Positions 1 to 8,951 of a stretch of DNA of 64,000 bases are shown here, one piece after another. Position 1 is the stretch's first letter, and every line of letters starts with the position of its first letter. Origin of the DNA: an uncultured Gammaproteobacteria bacterium (GTDB lineage Bacteria; Patescibacteriota; Microgenomatia; JALYQM01); contig CAYOFQ010000001.1 in assembly GCA_964403585.1 (NCBI GenBank), positions 896,680 to 960,679 on the forward strand, given 5' to 3'. The notes under the pieces were generated by a model. It did not search any database and was not told the origin of the DNA. It saw only the letters and a list, made by a program, of their open reading frames with translations. Both the position numbers and the translations under genes were made by a program.

Positions 1-42
1 ATGACAGCTCGCAACAAAAACTATTGGAAACTGTCATTTTAA

Positions 43-234
43 TTACTTAATTTTTGTCTGAACAAACTCAACTCTCTTACGCAGAGCAGGTGAGTATTTC
101 TTTAATACTAACTTCTTGGTCTGACCACCGGCTGCTTGCTGGTTGATCACGTTCACTGTGGTAGTGTAGCGTGTTTTCGGGTCTTCTTTCGAAGTAAGTA
201 ATATTAATTGACGTGCACCTTTTTTCTTTGCCAT
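43..234 (-). CDS. rpmG: 50S ribosomal protein L33
   Basis: 63-aa basic protein starting MAKKKG...ILLTS...TRYTTT, typical L33 size and composition; immediately upstream of a tRNA, as in many bacteria. Confidence 0.75.
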   Translation of the reverse strand: MAKKKGARQLILLTSKEDPKTRYTTTVNVINQQAAGGQTKKLVLKKYSPALRKRVEFVQTKIK

Positions 235-271
235 ATAAATTCCCTTGCTGGCTATAAAAACTTAATTTTAC

Positions 272-346
272 TGGAGCCTGGAGCGGGGATCGGACCCGCG
301 CTCTCAGTCTTACCAAGACTGTGCTTTACCACTAAGCTATCCAGGC
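272..346 (-). tRNA. tRNA-Thr (anticodon GGU)
   Basis: Reverse complement reads GCCTGGATAGCTTAGTGGTAAAGCACAGTCTTGGTAAGACTGAGAGCGCGGGTCCGATCCCCGCTCCAGGCTCCA. Cloverleaf has a 7-bp acceptor stem, D-arm, anticodon stem CAGTC/GACTG with loop TTGGTAA (anticodon GGT), T-arm GGGTCCGATCCCC and encoded CCA. Confidence 0.8.
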
Positions 347-414
347 ATTGTACCACAATGAGCCCCATTTTACAAAATACCGGCTCACCGCGTCAATGAT
401 GTAGGCAGGGTTGG

Positions 415-702
415 TTACGGATTGAGTGCAATCTCGTTCTCGTCTACCTCAGTTTCGTCAATTTCAGCTCGTTTTTGAGGCTCAGTTGATTGCACAATCG
501 CGTTTAACTGCTCTAGCATATCACGAACATCCTCTTCTTCAATACCGAATTCGGCTATAGAGTCGCCAATGGTGTCATAGCTCGAAAAATGGCACGAAGC
601 ACAGGGGATACCATACTCAATCAGCACCTCCTGAGAGTCAGGATACTCGGAAATGAGCTCGTAAACATTCGTATCGACGGTTATAACTTTAATTGATTCC
701 AT
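415..702 (-). CDS. small CxxC redox-disulfide-like protein (DUF1858-like)
   Basis: 95 aa; N-terminal MxxITxDTxVxELIxxYP...VLxxYGIPCASCHF pattern resembles hybrid-cluster-protein-associated redox disulfide domain; acidic C-terminal tail. Confidence 0.4.
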   Translation of the reverse strand: MESIKVITVDTNVYELISEYPDSQEVLIEYGIPCASCHFSSYDTIGDSIAEFGIEEEDVRDMLEQLNAIVQSTEPQKRAEIDETEVDENEIALNP

Positions 703-871
703 ATTAATTACTCTTCGGTTTATCTTCTTTTTGTATATCTTCCTTGGTTTTTTTTCAAAGCATTCGTATCGTTCTGATCCTGCTTACCTCAGTCTCAGCC
801 TTAGCAGACTTAATTGGTTCTTTGATTAATTCTTTTAGAGGTAATTCTTTTTCTTCACCCATAATTCCTCC

Positions 872-1468
872 TTAAAACGCGTTTCGGCTCTCCATAGCCC
901 TTCTCAATGTTACCTCATCAGCATACTCAATATCCCCGCCAACCGGCAAACCGCGGGCAATACGGGTTAATTTTACCCCAAGCGGCTCAATTAAGCGATG
1001 GATATACATAGCCGTAGCCTCACCTTCAAGAGTAGGGTTAGTAGCCAGAATGATCTCTTTTACCACACCGTCACGCAATCGGGGCAATAATTGGCGTATA
1101 TACAGTTGATCGGGTCCAATATTATCTAAAGGGGAGATTGCCCCATGCAAAACATGGTACAGTCCCTTGAAATTGGTCTTTTCCAGGGCCAGAATGTCCA
1201 AAGGCGCCTCGACCACCGCAATCAGCGAGTGATCACGGTTATGGTCGGAACAGATATCACACTGCTCCTGATCACTCACATTAAAGCAGTCTTTACACAA
1301 ACGAACCTGGTTTTTTACCGCCAGAATAGTTTCGGCAAAGTTCTCCAGTTGCTCTTTGGGAGCATGGAGTAAATGATAGGCAAGACGTTGGGCAGATTTG
1401 GGGCCAATCCCGGGGAGTTTTTCAAATGCCTCGATGAGGTTGGTTATAGGTTTCGGAAGCTTAGCCAT
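872..1468 (-). CDS. recR: recombination protein RecR
   Basis: 198 aa; HhH N-terminus (LPGIGPKSAQRLAYHLL), C4 zinc finger (CKDCFNVSDQEQCDIC), Toprim domain; sits in classic dnaX-ybaB-recR order. Confidence 0.9.
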   Translation of the reverse strand: MAKLPKPITNLIEAFEKLPGIGPKSAQRLAYHLLHAPKEQLENFAETILAVKNQVRLCKDCFNVSDQEQCDICSDHNRDHSLIAVVEAPLDILALEKTNFKGLYHVLHGAISPLDNIGPDQLYIRQLLPRLRDGVVKEIILATNPTLEGEATAMYIHRLIEPLGVKLTRIARGLPVGGDIEYADEVTLRRAMESRNAF

Positions 1469-1742
1469 TATCTTTCATCATGCTCTGCATTTCTTTGGCT
1501 GCCATCTCCTGTGACTTCTTGATCGCTTCATTGAATGCAGTACGCAGTCTCTTATCTTCGTTTCCATCAACAGTTACCGACTGTATATCCTGATCTCCTG
1601 TGATAACAATTTCAACACCGTCTTTTTTGACAGTAGTTGTCATCTGTGCCAATACTTTTTTAATCGCCATTGCCTGCTGTGCCATCTTACCAAAATCGCC
1701 ACCCATAGCACCGGCTAATTTGCCTTTTAAATCATCAAACAT
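1461..1742 (-). CDS. ybaB: nucleoid-associated protein YbaB/EbfC
   Basis: 93 aa; typical YbaB length and composition; 8-nt overlap with recR. Confidence 0.8.
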   Translation of the reverse strand: MFDDLKGKLAGAMGGDFGKMAQQAMAIKKVLAQMTTTVKKDGVEIVITGDQDIQSVTVDGNEDKRLRTAFNEAIKKSQEMAAKEMQSMMKDNG

Positions 1743-1794
1743 ATAAATTTCCTTTCCTAATACTAGGCGTATTATACGATAAAACTATATTTTT

Positions 1795-2397
1795 TTACAG
1801 CTCAGATATGCGCTTTTGTATTGCTTGTATACTATTTTCTATCTGTTCGTCAACATCATCCCGGGAGGTATCAAACACATAGGTAAAATCAATATCCGCA
1901 TAATTAGCCTGATCCTTCCAGAAAAAATAGCGCTCGATGGCATGCTGTGCATCGCGAAACAGCCAGGTATGGTTAGAGCTTGAATGACGTTTGGTCAACA
2001 TACATAATATAAACTCCTCCGGAGGATTGATATGAATCCAGATAATTGGAATACCGGTTTTTCTCGAAATATTTTCAACAGAGTTCGGATCATTGCGACG
2101 TGGACCGCCGCAATTGGCGTCAATACCAATGCGATACCCCTGCTCCAGATATTTTAAAATAAACACTCGGGTTAAGTCTCTCGCATAGTTTGAGTCAAAA
2201 TTTCCCTGCGCCCGAAATAATTTTCGGGCATAATCATTCTCTACACGAATAACCGAAAGCCGCTCACACAGCGCTTTCATGATTGTCGTTTTCCCGGCTC
2301 CTATAAACCCTACCGGACACAGAAAAAACTGGGGCTTTTCGATACTGGGGGGAATTACGAGGCTCGTTTCAAATTGCTGCTCAATTGTTTCCTGCAT
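1795..2397 (-). CDS. P-loop kinase-like protein (AAA_33/zeta-toxin-like fold)
   Basis: Walker A GFIGAGKTT near N-terminus, ~200 aa; inserted between dnaX and ybaB. Confidence 0.5.
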   Translation of the reverse strand: MQETIEQQFETSLVIPPSIEKPQFFLCPVGFIGAGKTTIMKALCERLSVIRVENDYARKLFRAQGNFDSNYARDLTRVFILKYLEQGYRIGIDANCGGPRRNDPNSVENISRKTGIPIIWIHINPPEEFILCMLTKRHSSSNHTWLFRDAQHAIERYFFWKDQANYADIDFTYVFDTSRDDVDEQIENSIQAIQKRISEL

Positions 2398-2414
2398 AGG
2401 GGAAATTATACCAT

Positions 2415-4139
2415 TTACGCACCAAAAATCTCCTGCGCCATACTCACCAGATCTTCATCAGCCACCGGTTGAATATTCTCAACATTCTTCGGGGTAAGCT
2501 TGGTATTAGCCAGTTGGGTTTTGATACGAACCTGTGCCCCCAACAATTCATAGATTGCCTGCTCAATTACGGGGCGGTTTTTAGCCGACTCAATCATATC
2601 TTTATTAAACGAGTTCTGTGTTTCAATAATAACCTGCTTGCCATCCAAGCGGATCGGTTTACACTTACTGATCATCACCGCCATCGAAGCATGATATTTT
2701 TTTAACAACTTAACCACTTCCGGCCAGCGCTCCTGCATCAAATCGATGGTCAATTCTTCATTGGTCACCGTGGGAATAGTCGAGGAGGGAAGTACCGGCT
2801 CCCGTTGAACCTCAATAACTTCATCCGTCGCGATCACCACATCATCAACCTCGACAACTTCACTTTTTTCAATTATCACGGTCGTTTTCTCGGCCGGAGG
2901 ATCGGCAACAGACGTAACGGCTTTCTTAACAGTAACCGTTTGCGCAACTGGAGCCGGTGCCGGTACCGGTTGTGATACCGTAACGCGTGGTGCACTTTGC
3001 GAGACACCACTTAACTTCATGAATACTAATTCCAGAGGAAGTGATGGAATTGGAGTCGATTTTTGCTGACTCATCGCTTTGACCAGCGCATCGATATATT
3101 CCGATAAAAATCCTGCATCCAATATAGTGTTATATGTCTGTAATTCCTGTGTCGAAGCACCCGCTAAACATGCTACATCTCCCGCTTGAATAGCACCAAC
3201 TTTAAATAGCAGCAAATCCCGGGCATCGGTTACTAATGTTTTGAGCAATTCACTGAAATGTATACCGTTTGTTTCAAAACTCCGAACCAAGCTCAACAGT
3301 TCTTTGGTATTTCCCGAACGCAAAAAAGAGATGATTTGCATACTATCAACCCGGGCGTTACCAACCAGCATTTGACCGACATTTTCAGCGGTGATAGATG
3401 GAAATTGCACGGAAGCCATCTCCAGTAATTTCACCGCATCACGAAACGCACCGCCCGCATTCTTCGCCAGGGCAAACAAGGCCGCGTCTTCAATTTTGAT
3501 TTTCTCCTGCTGGGCAACATGTGCCAATAGAGTGGTGATTTCCGCCGTTCCCGGTTTTTGAAAAATCACTTTGGTACACCGGCTCTGAATAGTTTGCGGA
3601 ACTTTATGCAATTCAGTGGTACACAACACAAACAAACTATGCGCCGGCGGTTCCTCCAGGGTCTTCAGTAAGGCATTAAAGGCCTCGGTTGTTAACATAT
3701 GCACTTCGTCAATAATGTATACCTTTTTGTGTGCGTGCATCGGAGCAAGCCTAATCTTTTCTTTCAAATCACGAATCTCATCAATACCGCGATTTGACGC
3801 CGCGTCCATTTCGATCACATCCAAAAAGGATCCTGCAGTTATAGCTTTGCAGGCTTCACATTCATTACAGGGGACAGGGAAAGATTCAAACAGCTTCTGA
3901 AACTCTTTGTCCTTGTATGAATCCTTATATTCAGGAATCTTTTCAAACTTCTCACAGTTCACCGCTTTAGCTAAAATACGGGCAGTGGTTGTTTTTCCGG
4001 TGCCATGCGTTCCGGTAAATAGATACGCATGACTAACCTGCCGCTTAAGCAGCGACAACACCAATACCTCAGCTACTTTAGCCTGGGTAAGCTTAATATC
4101 ATTGAAGTTTTGTGGTCGGTAGGTATGGTAGAACGCCAT
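2415..4139 (-). CDS. dnaX: DNA polymerase III subunit gamma/tau
   Basis: 574 aa; LFTGTHGTGKTTTARILAKAVNC Walker A, zinc module CNECEACK, box VIHMLTTEAFNALLKTLEEPP, sensor motifs; upstream of ybaB-recR. Confidence 0.9.
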   Translation of the reverse strand: MAFYHTYRPQNFNDIKLTQAKVAEVLVLSLLKRQVSHAYLFTGTHGTGKTTTARILAKAVNCEKFEKIPEYKDSYKDKEFQKLFESFPVPCNECEACKAITAGSFLDVIEMDAASNRGIDEIRDLKEKIRLAPMHAHKKVYIIDEVHMLTTEAFNALLKTLEEPPAHSLFVLCTTELHKVPQTIQSRCTKVIFQKPGTAEITTLLAHVAQQEKIKIEDAALFALAKNAGGAFRDAVKLLEMASVQFPSITAENVGQMLVGNARVDSMQIISFLRSGNTKELLSLVRSFETNGIHFSELLKTLVTDARDLLLFKVGAIQAGDVACLAGASTQELQTYNTILDAGFLSEYIDALVKAMSQQKSTPIPSLPLELVFMKLSGVSQSAPRVTVSQPVPAPAPVAQTVTVKKAVTSVADPPAEKTTVIIEKSEVVEVDDVVIATDEVIEVQREPVLPSSTIPTVTNEELTIDLMQERWPEVVKLLKKYHASMAVMISKCKPIRLDGKQVIIETQNSFNKDMIESAKNRPVIEQAIYELLGAQVRIKTQLANTKLTPKNVENIQPVADEDLVSMAQEIFGA

Positions 4140-4195
4140 GCGGTGTACAGTATAGCGCCATCCGAAGAATAACAGAAGAAGAAATAAACGGCTGT

Positions 4196-4600
4196 TTAAT
4201 CACCTTCATGGTGAATACCAAGCAGATGAAGTATGGAATGTTCAACCAGTGTATCTATCTCATCATCAACCAGTCGATTGTAATTCGCAGCATTAACCAC
4301 AGCCTGCGGATATGAGATCACAATATCACCTAAATGAAGAACTTTATCCGGAGCATTAATAAAACCACTATCGGATCCGTCGGAACTTTCCTCCAGAGGG
4401 AACGACAACACATCGGTCGTATCATCAATATCCCGAAACTGTTTATTCAATTCCTTCATCTTACGATCACCAATAACCGTAATCGAAAGCTCGACATCGC
4501 CAACCACCCGCATTTCAGCCAGCGTTTTCTCAGTCTGGGCCTTGATACGGTCCTTGTTTATTGGATAGCGGGGATCAATAGTAAACAAAACGTTGATCAT
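4196..4600 (-). CDS. ybeY: rRNA maturation RNase YbeY
   Basis: 134 aa; C-terminal metal-binding motif HSILHLLGIHHEGD (HxxxHxxGxxH). Confidence 0.75.
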   Translation of the reverse strand: MINVLFTIDPRYPINKDRIKAQTEKTLAEMRVVGDVELSITVIGDRKMKELNKQFRDIDDTTDVLSFPLEESSDGSDSGFINAPDKVLHLGDIVISYPQAVVNAANYNRLVDDEIDTLVEHSILHLLGIHHEGD

Positions 4601-4603
4601 GAA

Positions 4604-5074
4604 TTATTGCAAAACCTCTTTAACGATCTTTTGGACAACCGTACCGTCGGCTTTACCTTTCAGTTCCTGCATTACCGGGCCCATTAACTTGCCCATTTCG
4701 GCAGGGGAGGAAACTCCGGCTGCTTCTTTATGCTTTAACACCACGGCACGAATGGCATCCTCACTCATCTGTTCAGGCAAGTACTCCTGAATGATGGTAG
4801 CTTCGGCATGCTCTTTATCGGCCAGTTCAGGACGGGAGGCTTCAGTATAACTCTGAATGGCATCCCGTCGCTGTTTTATCTGCTTGGTAAGTACATTTAA
4901 TACTTCTTCATCAGACAAGGCCTGATCCGATTGACCATATTTTTCAATTTTATAATTCTTGCAGGCAGCAATAGACATCCGGAGCACTTGTAATCTCACT
5001 TCGTCATGAGCTTTCATAGCACTCTTCATGTCTTCATACAAACGATCAAATAAAGTCATAATTTTTTCTCTCAA
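4604..5074 (-). CDS. GatB/YqeY domain protein
   Basis: 156 aa; helical GatB/YqeY-like composition (MTLFDRLYEDMKSAMKA...); often adjacent to rpsU. Confidence 0.65.
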   Translation of the reverse strand: MREKIMTLFDRLYEDMKSAMKAHDEVRLQVLRMSIAACKNYKIEKYGQSDQALSDEEVLNVLTKQIKQRRDAIQSYTEASRPELADKEHAEATIIQEYLPEQMSEDAIRAVVLKHKEAAGVSSPAEMGKLMGPVMQELKGKADGTVVQKIVKEVLQ

Positions 5075-5094
5075 CCCTACACAAAGTCGAAGGA

Positions 5095-5298
5095 TTAATA
5101 GGAATACGAATCTTTTCGGCTTTTGGCACGAATTTTTCGCGCTTTTTCTTTATTCTTCATCTGTTTGATCTGTGAAGGTTTAACGAAAAAACGCTTGTCA
5201 TTAACCTGAGTAAGAATCCCGTCTGTTTGAACTTTTTTGTTAAAAAGTCGAATAAAATAATCAATTGGTCGTGAATTATCTGTCTTTACGTAAATCAT
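5095..5298 (-). CDS. rpsU: 30S ribosomal protein S21
   Basis: 67 aa very basic; MIYVKTDNSRPIDYFIRLFNKK...KRFFVKPSQ matches S21 pattern (MPxIKVRENEPFDVALRRFKR...REFYEKPT). Confidence 0.75.
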   Translation of the reverse strand: MIYVKTDNSRPIDYFIRLFNKKVQTDGILTQVNDKRFFVKPSQIKQMKNKEKARKIRAKSRKDSYSY

Positions 5299-5325
5299 TG
5301 TCTAAAAAACACCCCCTCTCAACAA

Positions 5326-5670
5326 TTAAACCTCATGGTGAGATTTATCTTTCCAGCCTCCAACAACATGAACATGGAGATAGGGAATCACCTGTCCACC
5401 GTCAGAACCATTATTTATAGTAAGTCTAAAAGCATTACCAATGCCCAATTTTCGCGCAACCTCTCCGGCAACGTATACCAAATGACCGAGTAATGCTTCA
5501 TCATTTGGAATACTCACCCCAACATGCTCGATATATCTCTTAGGTATAACTAATACATGGACCGGGGCTTTCGGAGCAATGTCATGAATCACAATACACT
5601 GATCATCTTCATACTCTTTTTTTGACGGAATCTCTCCGGCAATAATTTTATGAAACACCGTATCTGCCAT
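5326..5670 (-). CDS. HIT family (histidine triad) hydrolase
   Basis: 114 aa; histidine triad HVHVVGG near C-terminus; N-terminus MADTVFHKIIAGEIP typical of HinT. Confidence 0.8.
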   Translation of the reverse strand: MADTVFHKIIAGEIPSKKEYEDDQCIVIHDIAPKAPVHVLVIPKRYIEHVGVSIPNDEALLGHLVYVAGEVARKLGIGNAFRLTINNGSDGGQVIPYLHVHVVGGWKDKSHHEV

Positions 5671-5671
5671 A

Positions 5672-6499
5672 TTAATTTACCTTTAATATATCAATAACTT
5701 CTTCTAAACTTAGTTTAGTAAATACATTATTCGGGTTTTTCGTATTCCCGTTCAAGAGCTGCTTTTTATCCGGGTGCAAAAACCAGGTGGCTTCCGGGTC
5801 CAAAGCAACTAATTTCTCATACACCACCGTCAAATCTATATCATCCCGATCCGGGCGTGCTTTAATACGTACATAGTGCTTGGACGGATCACGCCGGACA
5901 ACAATCACAAATCCCATCTTCTGACCAATTTTCAGCACATCATCGTTAAATGTCTGAATTGCCATTCCCGCACCCCACTGCGTCTCAAAACGAAATGATG
6001 ATTCCTCGATCCGGTGCTGGGCATCAATCTTGCTTTTCATTGACTGATACACACCGTCAAGACAGTTCAATCCCCATTCCACATACTCGGCATGTTTATT
6101 GGGATGCGCGACTTTCCATCCGGTCATAATATTTGTCAGATGAAAATCGTAGATATCCGACAACGGATCATTCCAGTTTACATCCTCGAAATGATCGATT
6201 GCAGTAACGTGGTCAACTAAACGCAGCAGAACCTCATCATCCAACCCTAAACCTTCGTACACTTTTCGCGCAGCACACGTATATTCGTTTTCCAAGTGGT
6301 GATCGTACAATCCCAAACCGGTATCGATATGAATCACATCCGGATCACTGTCGGCAGCCTGTCCTTGCCAGGTTGCCCTGGCCGGAACAAACGCGACATC
6401 ACTGTTTTCAAAGTGTTTGCCACCAAACCGTTTAAAGAGCCATATACCACAAATACCATCGAGATCGGGGTAAAAGTGTGTAACCAGCAGTTTCCCCAT
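5672..6499 (-). CDS. DHH-family phosphoesterase-like protein
   Basis: 275 aa; motif I HFYPDLDGICG (HxxPDxDGxxG) and motif III LYDHHL of the DHH superfamily; no clear DHHA1; adjacent to HIT. Confidence 0.5.
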   Translation of the reverse strand: MGKLLVTHFYPDLDGICGIWLFKRFGGKHFENSDVAFVPARATWQGQAADSDPDVIHIDTGLGLYDHHLENEYTCAARKVYEGLGLDDEVLLRLVDHVTAIDHFEDVNWNDPLSDIYDFHLTNIMTGWKVAHPNKHAEYVEWGLNCLDGVYQSMKSKIDAQHRIEESSFRFETQWGAGMAIQTFNDDVLKIGQKMGFVIVVRRDPSKHYVRIKARPDRDDIDLTVVYEKLVALDPEATWFLHPDKKQLLNGNTKNPNNVFTKLSLEEVIDILKVN

Positions 6500-6615
6500 T
6501 AATGAACCTTTCTAAGTTCAATCCAAGTTAGTTATTGCAATAGTAGTCGTATTATACCAAACTATCATTAGTATAAGCAACTTAGGTATAATGGAGCAAG
6601 AAGGAATCTAATTTT

Positions 6616-7050
6616 ATGGGAGACGGCGCGGGTGGTGTCGGCAAACAAATAGGCGATAGCCTGAAAGATATAGGCAAGGATCTGACAGTCAATCTGGCCA
6701 AGGACCTCTTCGAACAGGTCTCAGGCGGAAAGAGTAGTACCACAAATACCCAGAATCAGGGGAGCTCCAACGCCTCGGGCCAAATGTATCAGGCTCAAAA
6801 AAATATCCAGATGGCCAATATCTCTCGCCGTATCCAGCAGTTTGCCCAACGCCGTCGACAGGTCCAAATGCAGGCTAAACAGCAGGAACAGCAGCGGGTA
6901 CAGTCCATGCAACAGGAAAAACAACAAAAGATTCAGGAAGCACAGGGAAAGGGATTTGGTGGTAAAGTTAAGGATATCTTTGCCAATTGGGGGAATACAT
7001 TAGCCAGACGGGGTAAAGGGGAGCAGCGGGGCAACAAAGCTTCAGGATAA
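6616..7050 (+). CDS. hypothetical Gln/Gly-rich low-complexity protein
   Basis: 144 aa; Q-rich coiled-coil-like core (QQEQQRVQSMQQEKQQKIQEAQ) flanked by Gly-rich ends; RBS-like GGAGCAAGAAGG upstream. Confidence 0.4.
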   Translation: MGDGAGGVGKQIGDSLKDIGKDLTVNLAKDLFEQVSGGKSSTTNTQNQGSSNASGQMYQAQKNIQMANISRRIQQFAQRRRQVQMQAKQQEQQRVQSMQQEKQQKIQEAQGKGFGGKVKDIFANWGNTLARRGKGEQRGNKASG

Positions 7051-7052
7051 GA

Positions 7053-7529
7053 CTACTTTTTCAAATAGGAGTCCAGATTGCGTAATAATTCCTTACTGTT
7101 CACAAAGTTCGTGATATCCTCACGCAGGAAGCGTTTTTTCCCTTTAAAATCCTTGTAATGTATCTCAAACCACTCCTGGTGCCCCCCAAGTGGAAAAAGC
7201 TGGCGGATAGTTCCGCCCCACACCACCCGATGCCCGTCAACCGCATAGGATTTATACGCCACAATCCGGGAAAAGGGGATTTCAAACGTACGAAAAGCCG
7301 AAACAACGACCAAAGAATCTGCGGAAAGAACTATCTTCGACTTAACTAACTTCAAAACCAGATATAAGTTAAACCAGAACCAGACAACCAAAACCGCAGC
7401 CAGTACTACCCATTTTTCCGAGAAAGCCGACATCAAAACAATTAATGCCATGCCAAACATAAAAATTGAGGTGGGGAAAAAGAGGAAGTAGACCAAATAA
7501 AGCCACTTTGTATACTTATATTCAATCAT
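7053..7529 (-). CDS. hypothetical membrane protein (two N-terminal TM helices + PH-like C-terminal domain)
   Basis: 158 aa; two hydrophobic helices followed by a soluble ~90-aa domain. Confidence 0.4.
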   Translation of the reverse strand: MIEYKYTKWLYLVYFLFFPTSIFMFGMALIVLMSAFSEKWVVLAAVLVVWFWFNLYLVLKLVKSKIVLSADSLVVVSAFRTFEIPFSRIVAYKSYAVDGHRVVWGGTIRQLFPLGGHQEWFEIHYKDFKGKKRFLREDITNFVNSKELLRNLDSYLKK

Positions 7530-7614
7530 ACCAGTATAGTAATTGATTTATACCTTCGTTTACAATATAATCGTAAAAGCTGAAAACAGTTGCCATAGTA
7601 TAACACACGCATAT

Positions 7615-7688
7615 GGCCCCGTCGTCTAGCGGCCTAGGACGCCAGGTTTTCATCCTGGAGATCAGGGGTTCGATTCCCCTCGGGGCTA
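7615..7688 (+). tRNA. tRNA-Glu (anticodon UUC)
   Basis: GGCCCCGTCGTCTAGCGGCCTAGGACGCCAGGTTTTCATCCTGGAGATCAGGGGTTCGATTCCCCTCGGGGCTA; anticodon stem CCAGG/CCTGG, loop TTTTCAT (TTC); T-arm GGTTCGATTCC; CCA not encoded. Confidence 0.8.
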
Positions 7689-8142
7689 CAAAAAGCCTTA
7701 AACCTGTAATTCCGGATATACACTACACGTAGAATTGTGATTCTTTTTAGCTATCTTCAGGGGATCTTTACCCCAGTGTTTCATAACACTAATACTATTA
7801 GCGACACTAACCTGCACTGCACCGTGCGTACTTTTAACAGTCTCCAGGCACTGACCTAATGAATCAAGTTCTGCCTTTCGCTCAGTACATTTTAGGTGTG
7901 CATCGGGAGGGTCTGCTGCATATTTTTCAGCAAGTTCGCGTGTGTTTTTCGCACTCTCAACATACTATAGCTAAGGAAACCAAAAAACTTAAAACGACTA
8001 AAAAGATAATGAGAAAGTGCCAGTTACGAAATGAATCCAAACAGGAGTGAGTATGTGTTTTACGTCTTGCCATAATCACCATAAATATAGAATATGAGCA
8101 CTCCATCTAGCAACTTTATAAAAGTCTGCTTATACTAAAAGT

Positions 8143-8814
8143 ATGTATCCCGAAACCAGACAATCAATTATCACGCCTAAATTACTGATAATTATGGGCA
8201 TATTGGTTATTGCCATTACATTAGGATTAACGTATGGAGCGCAGTACATTTCCGATACTGTCGGTACCGGTGATTTTGATGAAAGCGGCGAAGAACTACC
8301 TCCGGGAACATCCGTAGAGGTGTCCTATGACACCGTGACCTATGAGTCGGAAGAACAGCGTTTTAGCGTTGACTATCCAAAAGAATACAAAGTTGCCGAG
8401 TTACCGAAAAAATATTATCAAAAAACAAAGCGATTCTTTGAAGGACAAACAATCTTTGCTTCAGATAAACGAACTAATGACCCCAATTATTTTCGGATGA
8501 CCATTAATTTCCAGCGCAATTACCAGGACACAACCGATCGAAACGAGATGCTTTCCAACATGCTCTCAGTAAACCGGTTCTGTAAAAAAGGTAACCTGAA
8601 AACACTTAAAGAGGGACGAGAAATAATTAACGACATAACCTATGTTGTTCGGACAGATGCAAAAGGATGTGACGCTCAATATACTACGTATTACGACACG
8701 ATTACCTGGCCGGGAACATATGTGATCGAAATCCGAACCAATCAGCCGTACGCTAAAGTGCGGGCCTATTCTGACCGGGTTCTCAAAAACCTTGCTCTGG
8801 ATTACACACCGTAA
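8143..8814 (+). CDS. hypothetical membrane-anchored protein
   Basis: 223 aa; single N-terminal TM (LLIIMGILVIAITLGLTYG) then soluble domain. Confidence 0.45.
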   Translation: MYPETRQSIITPKLLIIMGILVIAITLGLTYGAQYISDTVGTGDFDESGEELPPGTSVEVSYDTVTYESEEQRFSVDYPKEYKVAELPKKYYQKTKRFFEGQTIFASDKRTNDPNYFRMTINFQRNYQDTTDRNEMLSNMLSVNRFCKKGNLKTLKEGREIINDITYVVRTDAKGCDAQYTTYYDTITWPGTYVIEIRTNQPYAKVRAYSDRVLKNLALDYTP

Positions 8815-8831
8815 TCAAAAAATAATTCATC

Positions 8832-8860
8832 TTGATTTTCAGGAAATACCAAAGTACTAT
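8832..8860 (+). promoter_or_regulatory. candidate sigma70-like promoter upstream of glyA (TTGATT-17-TACTAT)
   Basis: Hexamers with 17-nt spacing ~90 nt upstream of the glyA ATG; RBS GAAAGGAAG precedes the ATG. Confidence 0.3.
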
Positions 8861-8951
8861 ACCCGTATATTTAAAGGAGCACCATATATGATCTAGCAAA
8901 GCCCTTTCACCATATTACTTAATTAACGCTTCTAGTGAAAGGAAGATCAGT

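Noticed and set aside
77-399. ORFs 77..316(-) and 208..399(+) overlapping rpmG and the tRNA-Thr
   Set aside because: They overlap a well-supported tRNA and the L33 gene; low-complexity translations; treated as spurious shadow ORFs.
1145-4315. Internal or antisense ORFs within recR, dnaX and the P-loop kinase (1145..1372, 2279..2497, 2469..2705, 3616..3900, 4112..4315)
   Set aside because: Fully embedded in or antisense to strongly supported genes; no homology features.
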